A DNA stretch of 64,000 bases from Camelus dromedarius (lineage: Eukaryota), in the NCBI RefSeq assembly GCF_036321535.1, contig NC_087437.1:120468001-120532000 (forward strand), read 5' to 3'. Both the position numbers and the translations under genes were made by a program. Positions within the stretch are counted from its first letter, which is position 1. The number at the start of each line of letters is the position of its first letter. The notes under the pieces were generated by a model, which saw nothing but the letters and a program-made list of their open reading frames with translations, had not been told where the DNA came from and did no database searches. Shown here piece after piece: positions 45,968 to 58,661 of the stretch.

Positions 45968-48203
45968 ATGTTCTCAGTCTGCTGGGGCTGTTGTCACAGA
46001 AGACCACATGCTGGGCAGTGTCACAGATACATCTTCTCCCAGTTCTGGAGGCTGGAAGTGGGACTCAAGGTGCCACTGGCTCGGTTCCTGGTGAGGGCCC
46101 TCTTCCTGCCTTGCAGACAGCCACCTGCTCACTGTGTCGTCACGTGGCCTGTCCTCAGTGCTTGCACACACAGAGAGAGTGAGCTCTCTGGGTTTTTTCT
46201 CCTCAGGACACTAATGTAAGCAGATGGGGTCAGGGTCCCCAGAGAAGGAGAACCAGGCATGGCTTTCCTGACACAAGAGAAGCCATTTTTGGCCTAAGTC
46301 ATTTGTGACCTGAGCCTGGTCACATTACTCTTCCTGGAACAGGTCTCAGTAATTCATGATCTTAGGGGGAGGGGGGGGGGTGCGGGAACAAAGGAGAAGC
46401 AGTCAAGAAACAGTAGTTCAGTGGCAAAACTGGGTCCTAGCTCCTCCAGGGATGTACGTAACATCTGACAAATGTCCTTGAGTCTGTGGGAACCAAGGCC
46501 CCACTCACCGTTCCGAGGAGAATGATGGTGCTGACGCGCATGACTTCACTCTGTCTGCTGCCTGGGCCCCTTCATGAATACGCAGGGACCCTTAGCTTAA
46601 AACTTTCCCAGTTTTGCCATTCGGGGAGATACTCATCAAATAAAATTCATATTTCATGGCAAGACAAGAAAATTTGATTTTTTAATTCTTTTTTACGACT
46701 AATATCCCCTTGCATGCGTGTATATGTGCTTATATAACATACATGTGTGTCTGTGTGTCTCACGTCTTTCTTTCCCTGTTATGCCTGGGGAGCCTCCCCA
46801 GGCAGAGCTGTGCTCCTGTCCTAATTCCTGCAGGGGCTCCCCAGCCTCACTTTTCATGATTCTTCTCTTACTTTATTAAAAATATTGTTTTTACTTTATT
46901 ATTTTTTTGGGGGGGAGGTAGTTAGGTTTATTTACTTATTTTATTTTTTTAATAGCAGTACTGGGGATTGAACCCAGGACCTTGTGCATGCTAAGCACGC
47001 GCTCTACCCCTGAGCATGCCCTCCCCCAAGACAAGAACGTAAACACAAGTTCTTCTCTGCCCTTTGGCCTCCTCTCTCCCCACATGTGGATTTGTTACGG
47101 AACTTGTGTTCCTGTGTCCGATGCACAGTGAGGCCCAACAAACTGAAAGGTTACAGTTTGGAGCAGAAAAAGGTTTATTGCGGGGCCAAGCAAGGAGAAT
47201 GGTGGCTTGTGCCCCCCACCCCAAAAGCCCCCTGAACGCCAAGGGTCTCACTGAAGCATTTTTAAAGGCCACGTGAGGGGGTGCACCCCAGGGTGTGGTA
47301 TCAGCTCATGCACAACCTCTGATAGGCTGATGCTGCAGGGTGATTAACATTATCAGGCCTTAGGCACCAGGAGGTCTGGGGGCCGCATGCTCATGGTCAT
47401 CAAGTAGTTAACTTCTCGCATTTGACGGCGGCTTTAGCATCTGAAAAACTCAGGAAATATACATGAGATACTTTATCTGGATACTTCAGAGCGGCCCTAC
47501 AGCAGAGGATGGGGGAGTGGGTTCTGCTCCAGGAAGGCCCTACAGGGTCCTGCTCAGGTACACACTGCGCGTCTGCATTGTGCATCAGCCAAACCTCCCC
47601 CACTGGTGGGAACATCTGCTCAACCATGAAGGGCAACATTCTCCCAGCACCAACAAGAAACTCCTTAAGAGGTAACATTCCTTCTCCATCTCGTAAGGGG
47701 TCACAAGACCCACCAGGATGCCGCTGAGCTCTGTATTATGTAAACTGTCAATAACATGTCATGTGTGTCCAACCTTCTGTCTCAAAAAACTAGTATCATT
47801 GTGCTTTGATTTCTAAAGGGCAGAACAGTTCTCAGAGGTTTCTGAGATGCTCTTCCCGGTTTATAACCCTCAAATTTGGCTCGAATAAAATATTCCGTTT
47901 CTTTATAAGGTTGACTGATTAATTTTTCCTCTACACACTGGTGAAGGAAAAACCAGTGTTCTCCCTACTTGCTGCAAGTAATAATAAATCCTTCCTTCTC
48001 TCGGTCTTTGGCTTGGCTGCTTTTGGCTTGACGTACACCAAGAGGTGTATCCAGTTTTCAGATAACGCTAATCCTATCAAATCAGAACCCCACCCTTAGA
48101 ACCTCATTTAACCTTAGTTACCTCCTAAAGGCCCTGCCTCCAAATGTCACCACTTTGAGGGCTCGGGCTCCAACACGTGGATTTTGGGTGGACAAAGTAT
48201 TCA
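45968..48203 (-). mobile_element. MLT1-like LTR split in two (45968-46214, 48068-48203) by nested insertions
   Basis: MLT1 text ...aggacactaa| resumes |ctaatcctatc...cctcatttaacctt. Confidence 0.8.
46215..48067 (+). mobile_element. ERV LTR family A containing LTR family B (46634-47935), which itself holds a SINE (46888-47026) and LTR C (47085-47562)
   Basis: TSDs ctaa/ctaa, tact/cact, caagacaagaa x2 and caca/cact; homology to less interrupted copies elsewhere in the window. Confidence 0.8.
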
Positions 48204-48394
48204 GGGAGAGGGAGGAACTGTAGATGACGGATCAGAGGAGGGGTGAGGTTGGCTGCAGAGAAAGGATTCCTCAGGCCCCCCTAGGAGCCAAGGGCAGCTG
48301 ACCTCACAGAGCAGGAAGAACAGGGCAGTAAGGACAGTGGCTAGTGCTGCTGGCCGCTGTGGATTCCAGGGGCTCTCACCCAGCAACGCCGTCA

Positions 48395-48545
48395 CTGACT
48401 CTGTAACCTCTGGTTTCTCTCCCTCAGTTTCCTCACCTGTGAAACAGGATGAATCTGCACGTGCAGGGTAGTCATGAAGATTACGTGTGTTAACTCGGGA
48501 AATATGCTCAGCACACAGCAAGCACCTAAGTGTTAGCTGTTACTA
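48395..48545. mobile_element. MIR SINE
   Basis: cctcagtttcctcacctgtgaaac core...taagtgttagctgttact. Confidence 0.75.
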
Positions 48546-49786
48546 ACCAACAGTTGATTATTATTGACCCCGGCACTTCCTCTTTAAAATCTGGACAGTA
48601 GGCCCTGTCCTCTTCCTCACTGTCCCAGGCACTGCATCCGCCTTCTCACCAGGCTAGAGAGATTTAAACAAGCTCCCCTGGGCCACCAGAGAGACGGAAG
48701 TCACCATGTCTGCAGGGAGGAAATCCTGTGGGCAGCGGGGTGAGAGTGCGAGGTGAAGCGCAGGGTGGTGACCGCAAGGCTGGGCGCCACCCGATTGGGT
48801 TTGTCCTTGCCGCAGGTTCTGAACGAGGACCCTGGGCGGGGGGTGGTGGCACCACGGGCTGGCCTGGAACACCCTGAGGCCTGACACGTGTAGGGGTTGG
48901 GGAACTGGGCGCCTGGAGGCCCCGAGTTTCCGGGCTCTGCGGAAGTGTCCACTCCCCAGGCCTCTGCGGGGGTAGGTCGAGTCCCCGCTGGCCTCGTGGC
49001 CCCGCATACCCTAGGCAGGGGTGCCCCCCTGAGCAAGTGAGGCATGGATCTTTCGTCCTGTGGGGCGGGCGCGGGGCTCCTGCGTCCTAGCTCCGTCCGC
49101 GCGGTGGCCGCAGGGGCAGGGGACTGCACTTGGGTTCCGAGCTCTGCAGGCCCTGGAGTGGGGACTGGGCACTGGGCGCCGCTGGGCCCTGGGGAGGGCA
49201 GTTTCGGCAACTCCCAAACCGGCTGCCCCTCCGCTGGCACCCTTGCCCTCGCCCACTCCCGTGGCGCCGCGCCCCCACGTTTCCTCTTTGAGGATCCTTG
49301 TTGGACCCGCTCGTGGTCCCGCAGCGCCGGGGAGTGTTAGAGGCGGGGCGCAAGGCCTGGGCGGCGGACCTCCGTGGAGTGAACTAACATCTCAATGAAT
49401 CGATGAATGCAGGATGCCGACGCCGCAGTGCCCTCCCGGGTAAAACCGAAAGTGCAACCCGGCGAATGGAGGGTGGCCACCACGTGCCAGGAGCGCAGAG
49501 TGACGCGACTGGTTCGCCTGGCGCGGGGTTGAGATCTGCCCTTGCCCTATCCCCCCGGGGGCGGGGTGGGGGCGGAGAGGGCGGAGCCTGTGCCGATGCC
49601 CCGCCCGGCCCCGCCCCCGGCCCGCCCCCGCGCAGCGCGGGACCCGCGGTTTCCCAGCCGCGCTGAGGTCAGAGGGAGGCGGTCTGTCGTCCGAGCGGGG
49701 CGCCTGCGCCGAGCGGGACCTCTCCGGAGCGGAGCGGATCCCGAGCGCCGCCGGAGCGGAGCCCCAGCGCGCGGTGGAGACGCTGA

Positions 49787-50227
<441 letters not shown>

Positions 50228-51794
50228 TGACCCTGCGAAGGAGGGCGCTGGGTAGGCAGGTGTTTGCGCTGCTCACCTGGCGGGCTCCCGGTTTAGTCCC
50301 TGTCCCTGTGGGTCAGGATGCCCCGAGGGAGGGAGAAGGAGGGGGAGGAGGAGAAGGAGGAGGAAGGAGCAGCGGCAATCTGGCAGGGAGGCCTGGGGCG
50401 GGGGGAGTGGGCTCCAGCCTGCGGCTGACCATTCCGGGAGGTGGCCGCAGGGAGGGGGCGGGGGCGGAGGCCCGCCTGCCGCCGTGGGCTCGGGAGAAGA
50501 AAACCCCAGACGCCGGCTCAGGCCCGTGCAGGGCTTAGCGTTTTACGTGTTAAGCCTTTCCTTACCGGGGTCCCCACGGGCTCCCCCCGGCCTCCCCCGC
50601 CTGCCCTCGGGGAGGGGCTCACACCGTCTCCCTGCGGCTGGAGCCGGCGCCCACTGCTTCCTGCTGCAGCCCCGCGGTTACGGTTGAGCGGCCCTTGGAG
50701 GAGCAAGAGGAGGCCAGCGTGGGGCGGGGTGGCATGCGGGGGTGGCATGCGGGGGTGTCAGCGTTGGGGTAACAGGCCTTCCTTGCCTTGTGGGCTCAGC
50801 AGGAGGCTGGCCGTCCAGGCAGGGTGGTGGCTTTCTGGACCACTCATCTTTCGCCCACTGTCCCTAGGCCCCATCCCGGATCCAGGAGCAGGTGTGCTGT
50901 GTGTGCTAGGTCCCTGTGCTGGGCCCTTGAAGACATAGAGGGCCACCCAGTCAATGGCCTGTAGGGTGGTCAGAACTGCCTCAGTAAGGCTTGAGGGCTG
51001 GCCTGAGGCTGGCAGGCCCGTCGCCCGAGGAGGAAATAGTGGAGCAGAGACCTGAAGGTGGAGAGGTACAAAGGTTCAAGTCCAGAGTGACCTGACAGCT
51101 GCCCCTGATCTGTGTGCACCTGTGGAGATGTGAGTGGCGCTTCGCTCTGGCCACCTGGTCTTTGGTGGTTCTGACCAGTAGGGGGCAGACCAGGGGGCGT
51201 TCAGGGTGCGCACCTGGGCTTGTCCTGAGGCCCCAGCTGTTGGCCACTGATGGCTTGGGCAGGGCCACTGGGGTGGGACTATACTGGGGTAAGGTGCAAG
51301 GTCCCTGAAGCAGGGGCGGCTAGGGGAGGTGGGACCAGGTAGGGCGCTGAGGACAGCTGCGGCTCCCCACCAGATAGTGGTCTCAGTCCCACCCCGCCTT
51401 GGAGGGAGCCTTGGGAGTCGCCCTTGGCAGAAATGTGCCGGCCTCTCCCTCCTCCCCGGCCACCTGCAGCCACTCTCTGCTTTCTCTTTCCACTGGGCAG
51501 ACTTCCTCTGCCCACGCTGGGCCTTATTCCTGAATTTCCAGGCACTTAACCCTCAACTTCCTTTTCCAGTTACTTGGGGGTGGGGAGGAGAGTCCTCTGA
51601 ACCACCCACCTGGGGAACACCTCTTAGGGACAGAATCTCAGTTCTCACTTGGGGTCTCCCCAGTGCCCAGCATCCTTACCCGTGTGCTTGAGGGACATAG
51701 ATGGGGGGTGTCACCTCCTCCCTCCTGTCATCCCTGGGGTGGGGCCAGGGCCTCTGCCTCTGACTTAGTCCATCCCTGCACTTCCTCCAGGCTA

Positions 51795-52240
51795 CTTAAA
51801 GAAAAATGCACAACGCGAGAGTTGTGAGTTTAAGTTTTATTTGGGGATTTACTGAGGATGGCAGCCCAGGAGACAGTGGCGCTGAGGGGACTAATCCAAA
51901 GAGGTCAGGGAGAAGCCAGTTCACATACGACTTTTTTGGCTGGGGAGTACATGCAGTCAGGCATATATCTGGGTAAGGGATTACCGCTGATCGCAAAGGA
52001 CAACTACCTCAAGTTAATGGTTTTAGTACTTCACTGTGTATGGGAAGATGCAGGAATCCGAGGTCACTGAAATTCTGTCTGAGGTATGCATCTAACTCTT
52101 CAAGGCCTGTTTACCTCAAGCGCCTAGAGCTGCCTCCTGTTTTTTTTTTTTAATACCCTGAATTCCCCAGGGGGTGACTGAAGTGGGTTCTGCTTAACCT
52201 TGTGGAGGGGAGCCAGGATCTTTGTTTTTCTTTGTCTTTC
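51795..52240 (-). mobile_element. ERV1-type LTR
   Basis: Reverse strand ...cctcagtaaatccccaaataaaacttaaactcacaactc, an LTR R/U5-like segment. Confidence 0.6.
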
Positions 52241-54166
52241 TCCCCTGGAGGCTTGTCCAGGAGGAGGGGTAGTTCATTAGGTCCTCACCTTGAAGCGGCC
52301 ACCTTCCACATTGCTCAGTTGCCTCATCTGTAGAATGGGCACCATTCCTGCCTCACGTGTTCAGACCAAGGAATGTGGAGGGTGTGGGTACCTCTCCGAG
52401 GTGCCTTAGAGGTGTTGGCTGCAGAGTGCAGTGGCCCCAGTGCCCAGGGGTGCTTTTTTGACCCCTCACTGGGCGGAAAGACCAGACAGGAAGGTAGTAG
52501 GGCCGGGTGGCAGCCACGCGTGCCTGGTGCCTAGGACATCTTGGGGAGGCCAAGACCCCCATCAGGACTGGATGAGGGTTGGGTCCTCACCTCCTTACCC
52601 CTGTTCTTTGGCCTAATTACCTCCTCCTCCTAATTACAGAAGACATAGTCTTTGACGGATAGAGAGGAGGGGGAGAAAGTCGGAGATGGTGCTCCTCAAA
52701 ACGTGCTCCACTGGACCATGCCCACCTGATGGGGGTTCAGGCTCCAGAGCTGTGAGAGAGTAAACTTTGTTTCAGACCCCTGAGCACGCTGACACGGTCC
52801 TTGTTTGAGGTCCAGCTTGGGGGACGCGGTTCAGCCCTGGTTCAGCCCATAACAGGAACCGTTTCCAGAGACGGCTGAGTTCACGGGACACTTTCTCCAC
52901 TTAGCCACCTGGTGCTTCTTTGGCCAGAGTCTAGACTCCTCAGGAGTCTGCGCATGCTGGCTTTGCCCCAGGCTGCCGCGCTCCTGAGGATGCGCCACAG
53001 GGTCCCGTGCGGGCACTTTGCTCCCTGACCCCACGTGTGGGCCCTGCGGGAGCGGGGAGGCAGGAGGTGGGTGGGGCTCACACAGCCTTAGCCCCGGTGT
53101 GCCGGCCCTCCCCTAACACCCGGAGCTGTGCTCAGCGGGGAGTATGTTCTGCAGTTTGGTCAGTGCATACAGCTGGGGGCTCCAAAGGCATGGTTACCCA
53201 CAGAGTGAGTAGGGGAAGAGAACTTAGAAATGGCAGGAGAAGGTGGGCTCTGGCTGGGCCCCACGAACTTGGAGAGACAGGATGTGCTTGTGGCGGGATG
53301 GAGAGGCTGCCTGTGGGGGCTGAGCCTGTGTCCCTGGTCTTGGAGACTCGGCTCAGGGACTGGCCATCCCTCCCGAGTCTTTCTAAGCCTCACTGGCACA
53401 GTGAGAACAGCTGTCTTGGCATTCAGATGGTGCCAGGCTCCCAGGGCACGCCCGGACACAAAGTTGTCCCCGCTGGACACCAGCGAGTCCAAATTGCTTC
53501 TCACCAGGTGCCCACAGCACACTGGTTGTGGTCTCAGGTGGGCAGCCCATGGGCAGAGAATAACATTATACAAAAGAGAAAGGACCAGAACCTTGACCCT
53601 GGTTTTGGATTTGTTTCTGGGCTCGGGTCCAAAGTCCATTTTAGTGGCCAAGGGGACCGTGCTACTGTGACCGGGGACACAGGAGGCAGACGTCAGGCAG
53701 GTTGGTCTGTGTTTGCCAAGAGGGAGGGCGGGCTCGTGGCGCTCGAGGCCCTTGTGGCCCCGTCCGAGGAGAGGGGCTGCCAAGTCAAGGGCGTCGGGCC
53801 ACGTAACGCATCTGGGGTCACCACTCCACACAGGGTGGGGGACCTCCTGCTGCTCTGGCCTTGGTTCAGCGGGGAAGAACGAGAGTGGATAGAGCGAGTG
53901 CAGCCCCTCCCACACCGGGCGCCGCGGGCCTTGTGTCCTCTCAGAAGGAGAAAACCTCCGGTTCTTCCCGGCAGGGAGGCTGGGTCCGCTGAGCACCCCC
54001 CCCCACCCCGCCGTGTGTGTAGAGAGCCTGCCGGGGCCGCCGGGCCTCCGTAGGCCCCACCCACCCAGCGTGGAGGTCCTGGGGTCCTCCAGCCGCCCCG
54101 CACCTGCCTCTGCCCTGTTGCTTCCCATTTTGGTGAAAAAACAGCAGGCACACAGAGCTTAGGGTT

Positions 54167-54540
54167 ACTATGAATTTCCTGGGGTGGCCGTAGCAAAGTG
54201 CCACAAACTGGGGCTTAAAACTGCAGAGATTTATCCTCCCACAGTTCTAGGGGCCGAAAGTCTGAAGTCAAGACACTGGCAGGGCTGCAGTCCCTCCAGG
54301 GGCTGGAGGGGAGGCTCCGTCCTGCCTCTTCCAGCTCCTGGCGTCCCTTGGCTTGTGGCCGCCTCCCTCCAATCTCTGCCTCCGTGTCACGTGTCCTTCT
54401 CCCCTGTGTGTCTCTTATAAGGACATGTGTTATCGGATGCAGGGTCCATGGAGATAACCCAGGCCCTCTCTCCACACACGGTCGTATGCATGAGTCCCCC
54501 AGTCAGCAAGTATTTTAGGGGCCACATTCAGTCCACTGCG
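54167..54540 (-). mobile_element. MaLR LTR (MLT1-like)
   Basis: ccacaaactggggcttaaaac...cacagttctag...tcttataaggaca. Confidence 0.8.
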
Positions 54541-57500
54541 GGTTAGAAGGAGCCTGTTCAGAGAAATTTAAAAGTGGCACAAGTTAGAGAATTAATGTAA
54601 GGCCTGAAGTTGATGGCACAAAATCCAAAAGCCACCCTTTTTGGAAATGAGAGTCAGGACCCATTCACCCGCAGCTCCTGGTCTCACTCCCAGCCCAGCC
54701 GCCGGGTGCTTCTCTGGGGAGGGCAGCCAGCACCTCCAGTGCCAGCAGCTGCTCTGCTGGCCAGACCAGCCCTCCTGGAGGTGTCCGGGGACAGGCAGCT
54801 GGCCCACGCCAACTGTGTGCTGGCACTTCTTCCAAGGCTGTGTCTGGGGTTTGGAACTGCTGACTCGAACACGTGTGACCTCTGTGCTGGGGGGTCACTG
54901 GAGGCTCACGGTGCAGGACAGGTGCTGCCCTGAAAGGCCATGGTGCAGGGAGAGACAGTAAAGTACTGAATCCCAGTGGCCTTGAGAATCTGACTTGGGG
55001 CCTTAGCTTAAAACCCACTTAAATACCATGTTGCCGAGATGGGAAGGGGAGACCACCCAGGGGGCCCTGGAAGATGGTTTTGGGGACAGCTCAGTTTAGG
55101 ACCTGCAGAAGCCAGCCTCATTCTTGGAATCTCTTGGCCCCTGGGTGCAGAAGTGGACCCAAGGCATCTTGAGGGAAAGAGGGTTCGGGTGGAGATTCTG
55201 TTTCTTTGTGCAGGGGCCTCAAAGCCAGGCCTCTTGGCCAGTGGACTGTGGCCTGGCCACCCCGCAGGAAGTGGCAGGCTGGCGGGCAGCGAGGTGTGCT
55301 GAGAGACCCCTTGTCTGGAAGCCTGGGTTGGGACCCCTGCCTGCCGAGTGACGAGGCTACCGGAGCTGAACAGAGGTTGAGGGTCCGTGGACGCCTGCCA
55401 CCGCCCCCAGCCCCCTGCCCGCTCTGGAGCAGAGCAGAAGCCATCGGGCTGCAGACCCTGGGGTTCAGTAGCACATGTGCACATGTGGGTGACTCACCCC
55501 AGGGTCTCCTGGAAACTCAATACTGGGTCCCCAGGGGGTCACTTCAGGCCACAAGGGGTTTATTTCCAACCTCTCACCTTTAGGATCCCCCTGAGCCTCA
55601 GAAGGCCTCTTGATGAATGCTTAAAACACGTAGTCCTTTGGAACAGCTTTACATATTTTCCTAGGACAAAAAGGACCTTTTCCAGCAGAACTGCATTTGG
55701 AAGCTGCTGGAAGAATGTCACCTGCCCTTTATAAGACAGAGGTTTTGCGTTCATGCTGTCTCGTGGTGACACACTCATTGACAAATGGTGTGTGGGAGCG
55801 GATGCCAGGAAGCGCGCCTCCCTCCTGCCCCGCTGGCCGTCGTCTTCACTTCCTGGAGGGGATGCGCTGGGGCTGGGACACTTGTGAGTGTCCTCTGGAA
55901 TATTCCTGTGCTCTGCGGCCACGCGAGTTGCCTGTCCCCCTGCGGCTTCCCTCGGCCTCTGGAAGTCCCCGTCTGGCCCACGACGTGTCCCAATCCTGGA
56001 ACCTAAGTGTTGCTTCATTTTTTCTCCTCCCTTGCTTTTATGTTTCTCCCAGAAGTTCCAGAATTGCTTCATTCTGGACTGAGGTTTCTGTTACCCCTCT
56101 TTGCCCGTCGTGGAGAAGAGCCAGAGCCCAGTGGTCCTTGTCATCTTTTCCTCTCCGTGTCTGTGGGTCACGTGCTATGTGGGTGTGTGGTGCATGCGTG
56201 TGCGTGCTCAGGTGTGGGTATGAAGGTGTGTACGTGTGGTGAGTGTTGTGCAGCACTACTTTGTGCTGTGTGGTGTCCTGTCTTCTGTTCACAGGGACCT
56301 GGGGCAGCACTGCCCTCCCTGGAAGGGGCTGGTGTGTTTGCAAGCAGGTGGCTTCCATGACGCATGTGGCCGTGGGCATGGTTGTCCCCTGCTGCTCCCC
56401 CACACGGAGCTCTGAAATAAGATTACTCAGTGATCTGAAAGAGTGACACTGAGAAGAAGAAATAGAGTTTCTCGAGGAGAAAGGAAGGGGGCTTGGGGAC
56501 GTGGGCCCAGGAGGGCAGTGGCCCCCACCCTGCTCCGGTGCCACCGCGAACTTGGGGTGAGACCCCTTCTATTAGGGTTTTGCAGCACACCCAGCACCCA
56601 GAGTGCCCAGCCAGTGGCATGCGGGGCCCCGGCAGGGCCTGGTAGGTGCCTTGGTCCCCGCAGTGAGCACCGGCGCACCTTTGCCGGAAGCCGGGCTGGG
56701 TCACGGTGATGCGGTCCAGGGCTGTGACACTGAGACAAGGGTGCACAGCGGGCGAAGGTGGCCCTGGGACTTAAGGTGAGCTAGGGAGGCTGCTTCAGGG
56801 GACACAGGGTTGTTTCCAGTCGAAGTTCCCATTGGAGATGAGAGGCCGCTGGTCGTGGGTTGGGCTGAATTGTGGGGCTGACCGGTAGCAGGCGGTGGAA
56901 GGGACACAGGCCCCGAGGCAGACCAAGCCGACCACAGTCACGTGGCTCTTACGTCCCCCGTTCCCCAGTTCTGACTTCCTAGGAGAGGGGCTGGAGGTCT
57001 TACAGAACAAGCCTCAGCATGAACCCCTCCCCTAGAGGAACCAGGGTGGTCTGGGTGGGTGGGGGGCTGCTCTGGAATATTCCAGAGCTTCCCCCACCTG
57101 CGGTCTGAGCACTCTGACTTCCAGGCAGGGTGACCGCTAAGCTAAGGACGTGTCCCTGTGTCTGCCTGGCCGTCAGCAGGGGGACAGTGATGCTGCAGCC
57201 AGGTGGGCCGGTGGCGGCTGGGAGGGCGCGTCACCCCTAGGCTGAGGGATCCCCTGACGTGTGTGGCCGCCCTCGACAAGGGTGCTCTGCCGGCAGAGGT
57301 GGCCCGGGGTCTTCGTGGGGCTGGGGAGGGCGGGGACTCGTCCTTGTGCAGCTCTTGCTGCTCTTTGTGACCGCGCCTCTGGAGCATCTGAACGTGCTCT
57401 CCCGGGTGCACGTGTGCCCTGGTTGCTGGGCTCTCCCCTGCCCTGGGGGTGGGTGGAAGCTGGAGCCCTTTCCAAGCCATCACCCCGGCCTGGGCGGGAC

Positions 57501-58661
57501 CCGGGGTTGAGGCAGCAGCCTGTCCTGGCAGGACCCCAGGCGCACCTCTGCACTGGCCTCTCATGGCAGGCGGACGCCAGGACCCCGCCTGAGGGCGGTT
57601 TTTGGCTGTGCTCCTCGACGGCGCTCTTGGATCTGAGACCCTGGGTCCCCAGCATCAGCTGTGCGCACGTGGTCACTGTGAGCCGGGCTTTGTCCCCAGA
57701 GGCAGCGGGCACTGGCTCGTCCTGGGGCTCCTCGCTGGGTCTCTAGTTCTTTCTGAATTGGGACTCTGTTTGCCGGTGGAGGCTGAGAAGGCAAGGTCTC
57801 AAACTGGGGCTTGGGCCCAAAGGACGATGTTCTGGCTCAGGTGAGAGGCTCACAGAGGCCTGGAGGGTTCAGAGAGCAGCCGGCAGGCGGCTTTGCAGGA
57901 GGGGTGGAAATCACAGAACGGTGGCATGTGTAGCCTGTGGGTCTTGGCTTTGTCTCACGGGCAGCGGCGTGCCCTTGAAGGCCGGGGTTCCTCGGGCACA
58001 TCTGGGGGTCAGGAGTGAGGAGAATGGTGGCACAGAGGCTCCTGGGAAGAACCAGGAGCACCTGTTCCTGGCTGCACTGGGCTGGGGGAGGGGCCCTCGG
58101 GAGGAGGGGACCCAGCCGGAGGGGCATCTGGCGGGGGAAGCTGGAGGTGGTGGTGTTCCCCCTCATCTCGCAAGACCTCTCCCCCGCTTCCCTTTCTCCT
58201 CCCCTCCCTGCACTGAACTAGTCAGGTCTTCCTCTTTTTTCCTTAAATTGAGTCTTGTTTTTGGTAAATGGTGAAAAAACCGGTAGGGCCAGTTTCCGTG
58301 GCTGTGAGCACTTCCACCTGCAGACCCTGAACTGCTGGCCTGCGCGGGACGAGAGGCTCGGTGGCTCTGCCTAGGGTCCTGCCGGGGAGCCCGGGGCCCC
58401 GCGCAGCCGCCCCGCAGACGGGCCTCGCCGGCGGAGAAGCGCAGTGAACTGGTTAGGACATTGATCCTACTTGCTTTTTAGTGTAACTTCTGTCTGTGTG
58501 GCTTTGTGGTTCACAGCTGGTAATGCTGCGTGGGACGCCAGCCACACAGCTGCGCTGCTGCTCGCGTGGCCTCCGTGTTCCGAAGTGCTCAGTGTCCTCC
58601 TCCCACTCAGAACACCTGGAACGCTGATTTCCTCTTCTGGCCCCGGCCAGAAAACACCGCT

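Noticed and set aside
53007..54128. Overlapping 348-aa (+) and 322-aa (-) ORFs in PDXK intron 1
   Set aside because: No recognisable domain and GC-rich context; PhyloCSF or Ribo-seq evidence would be needed to reconsider.
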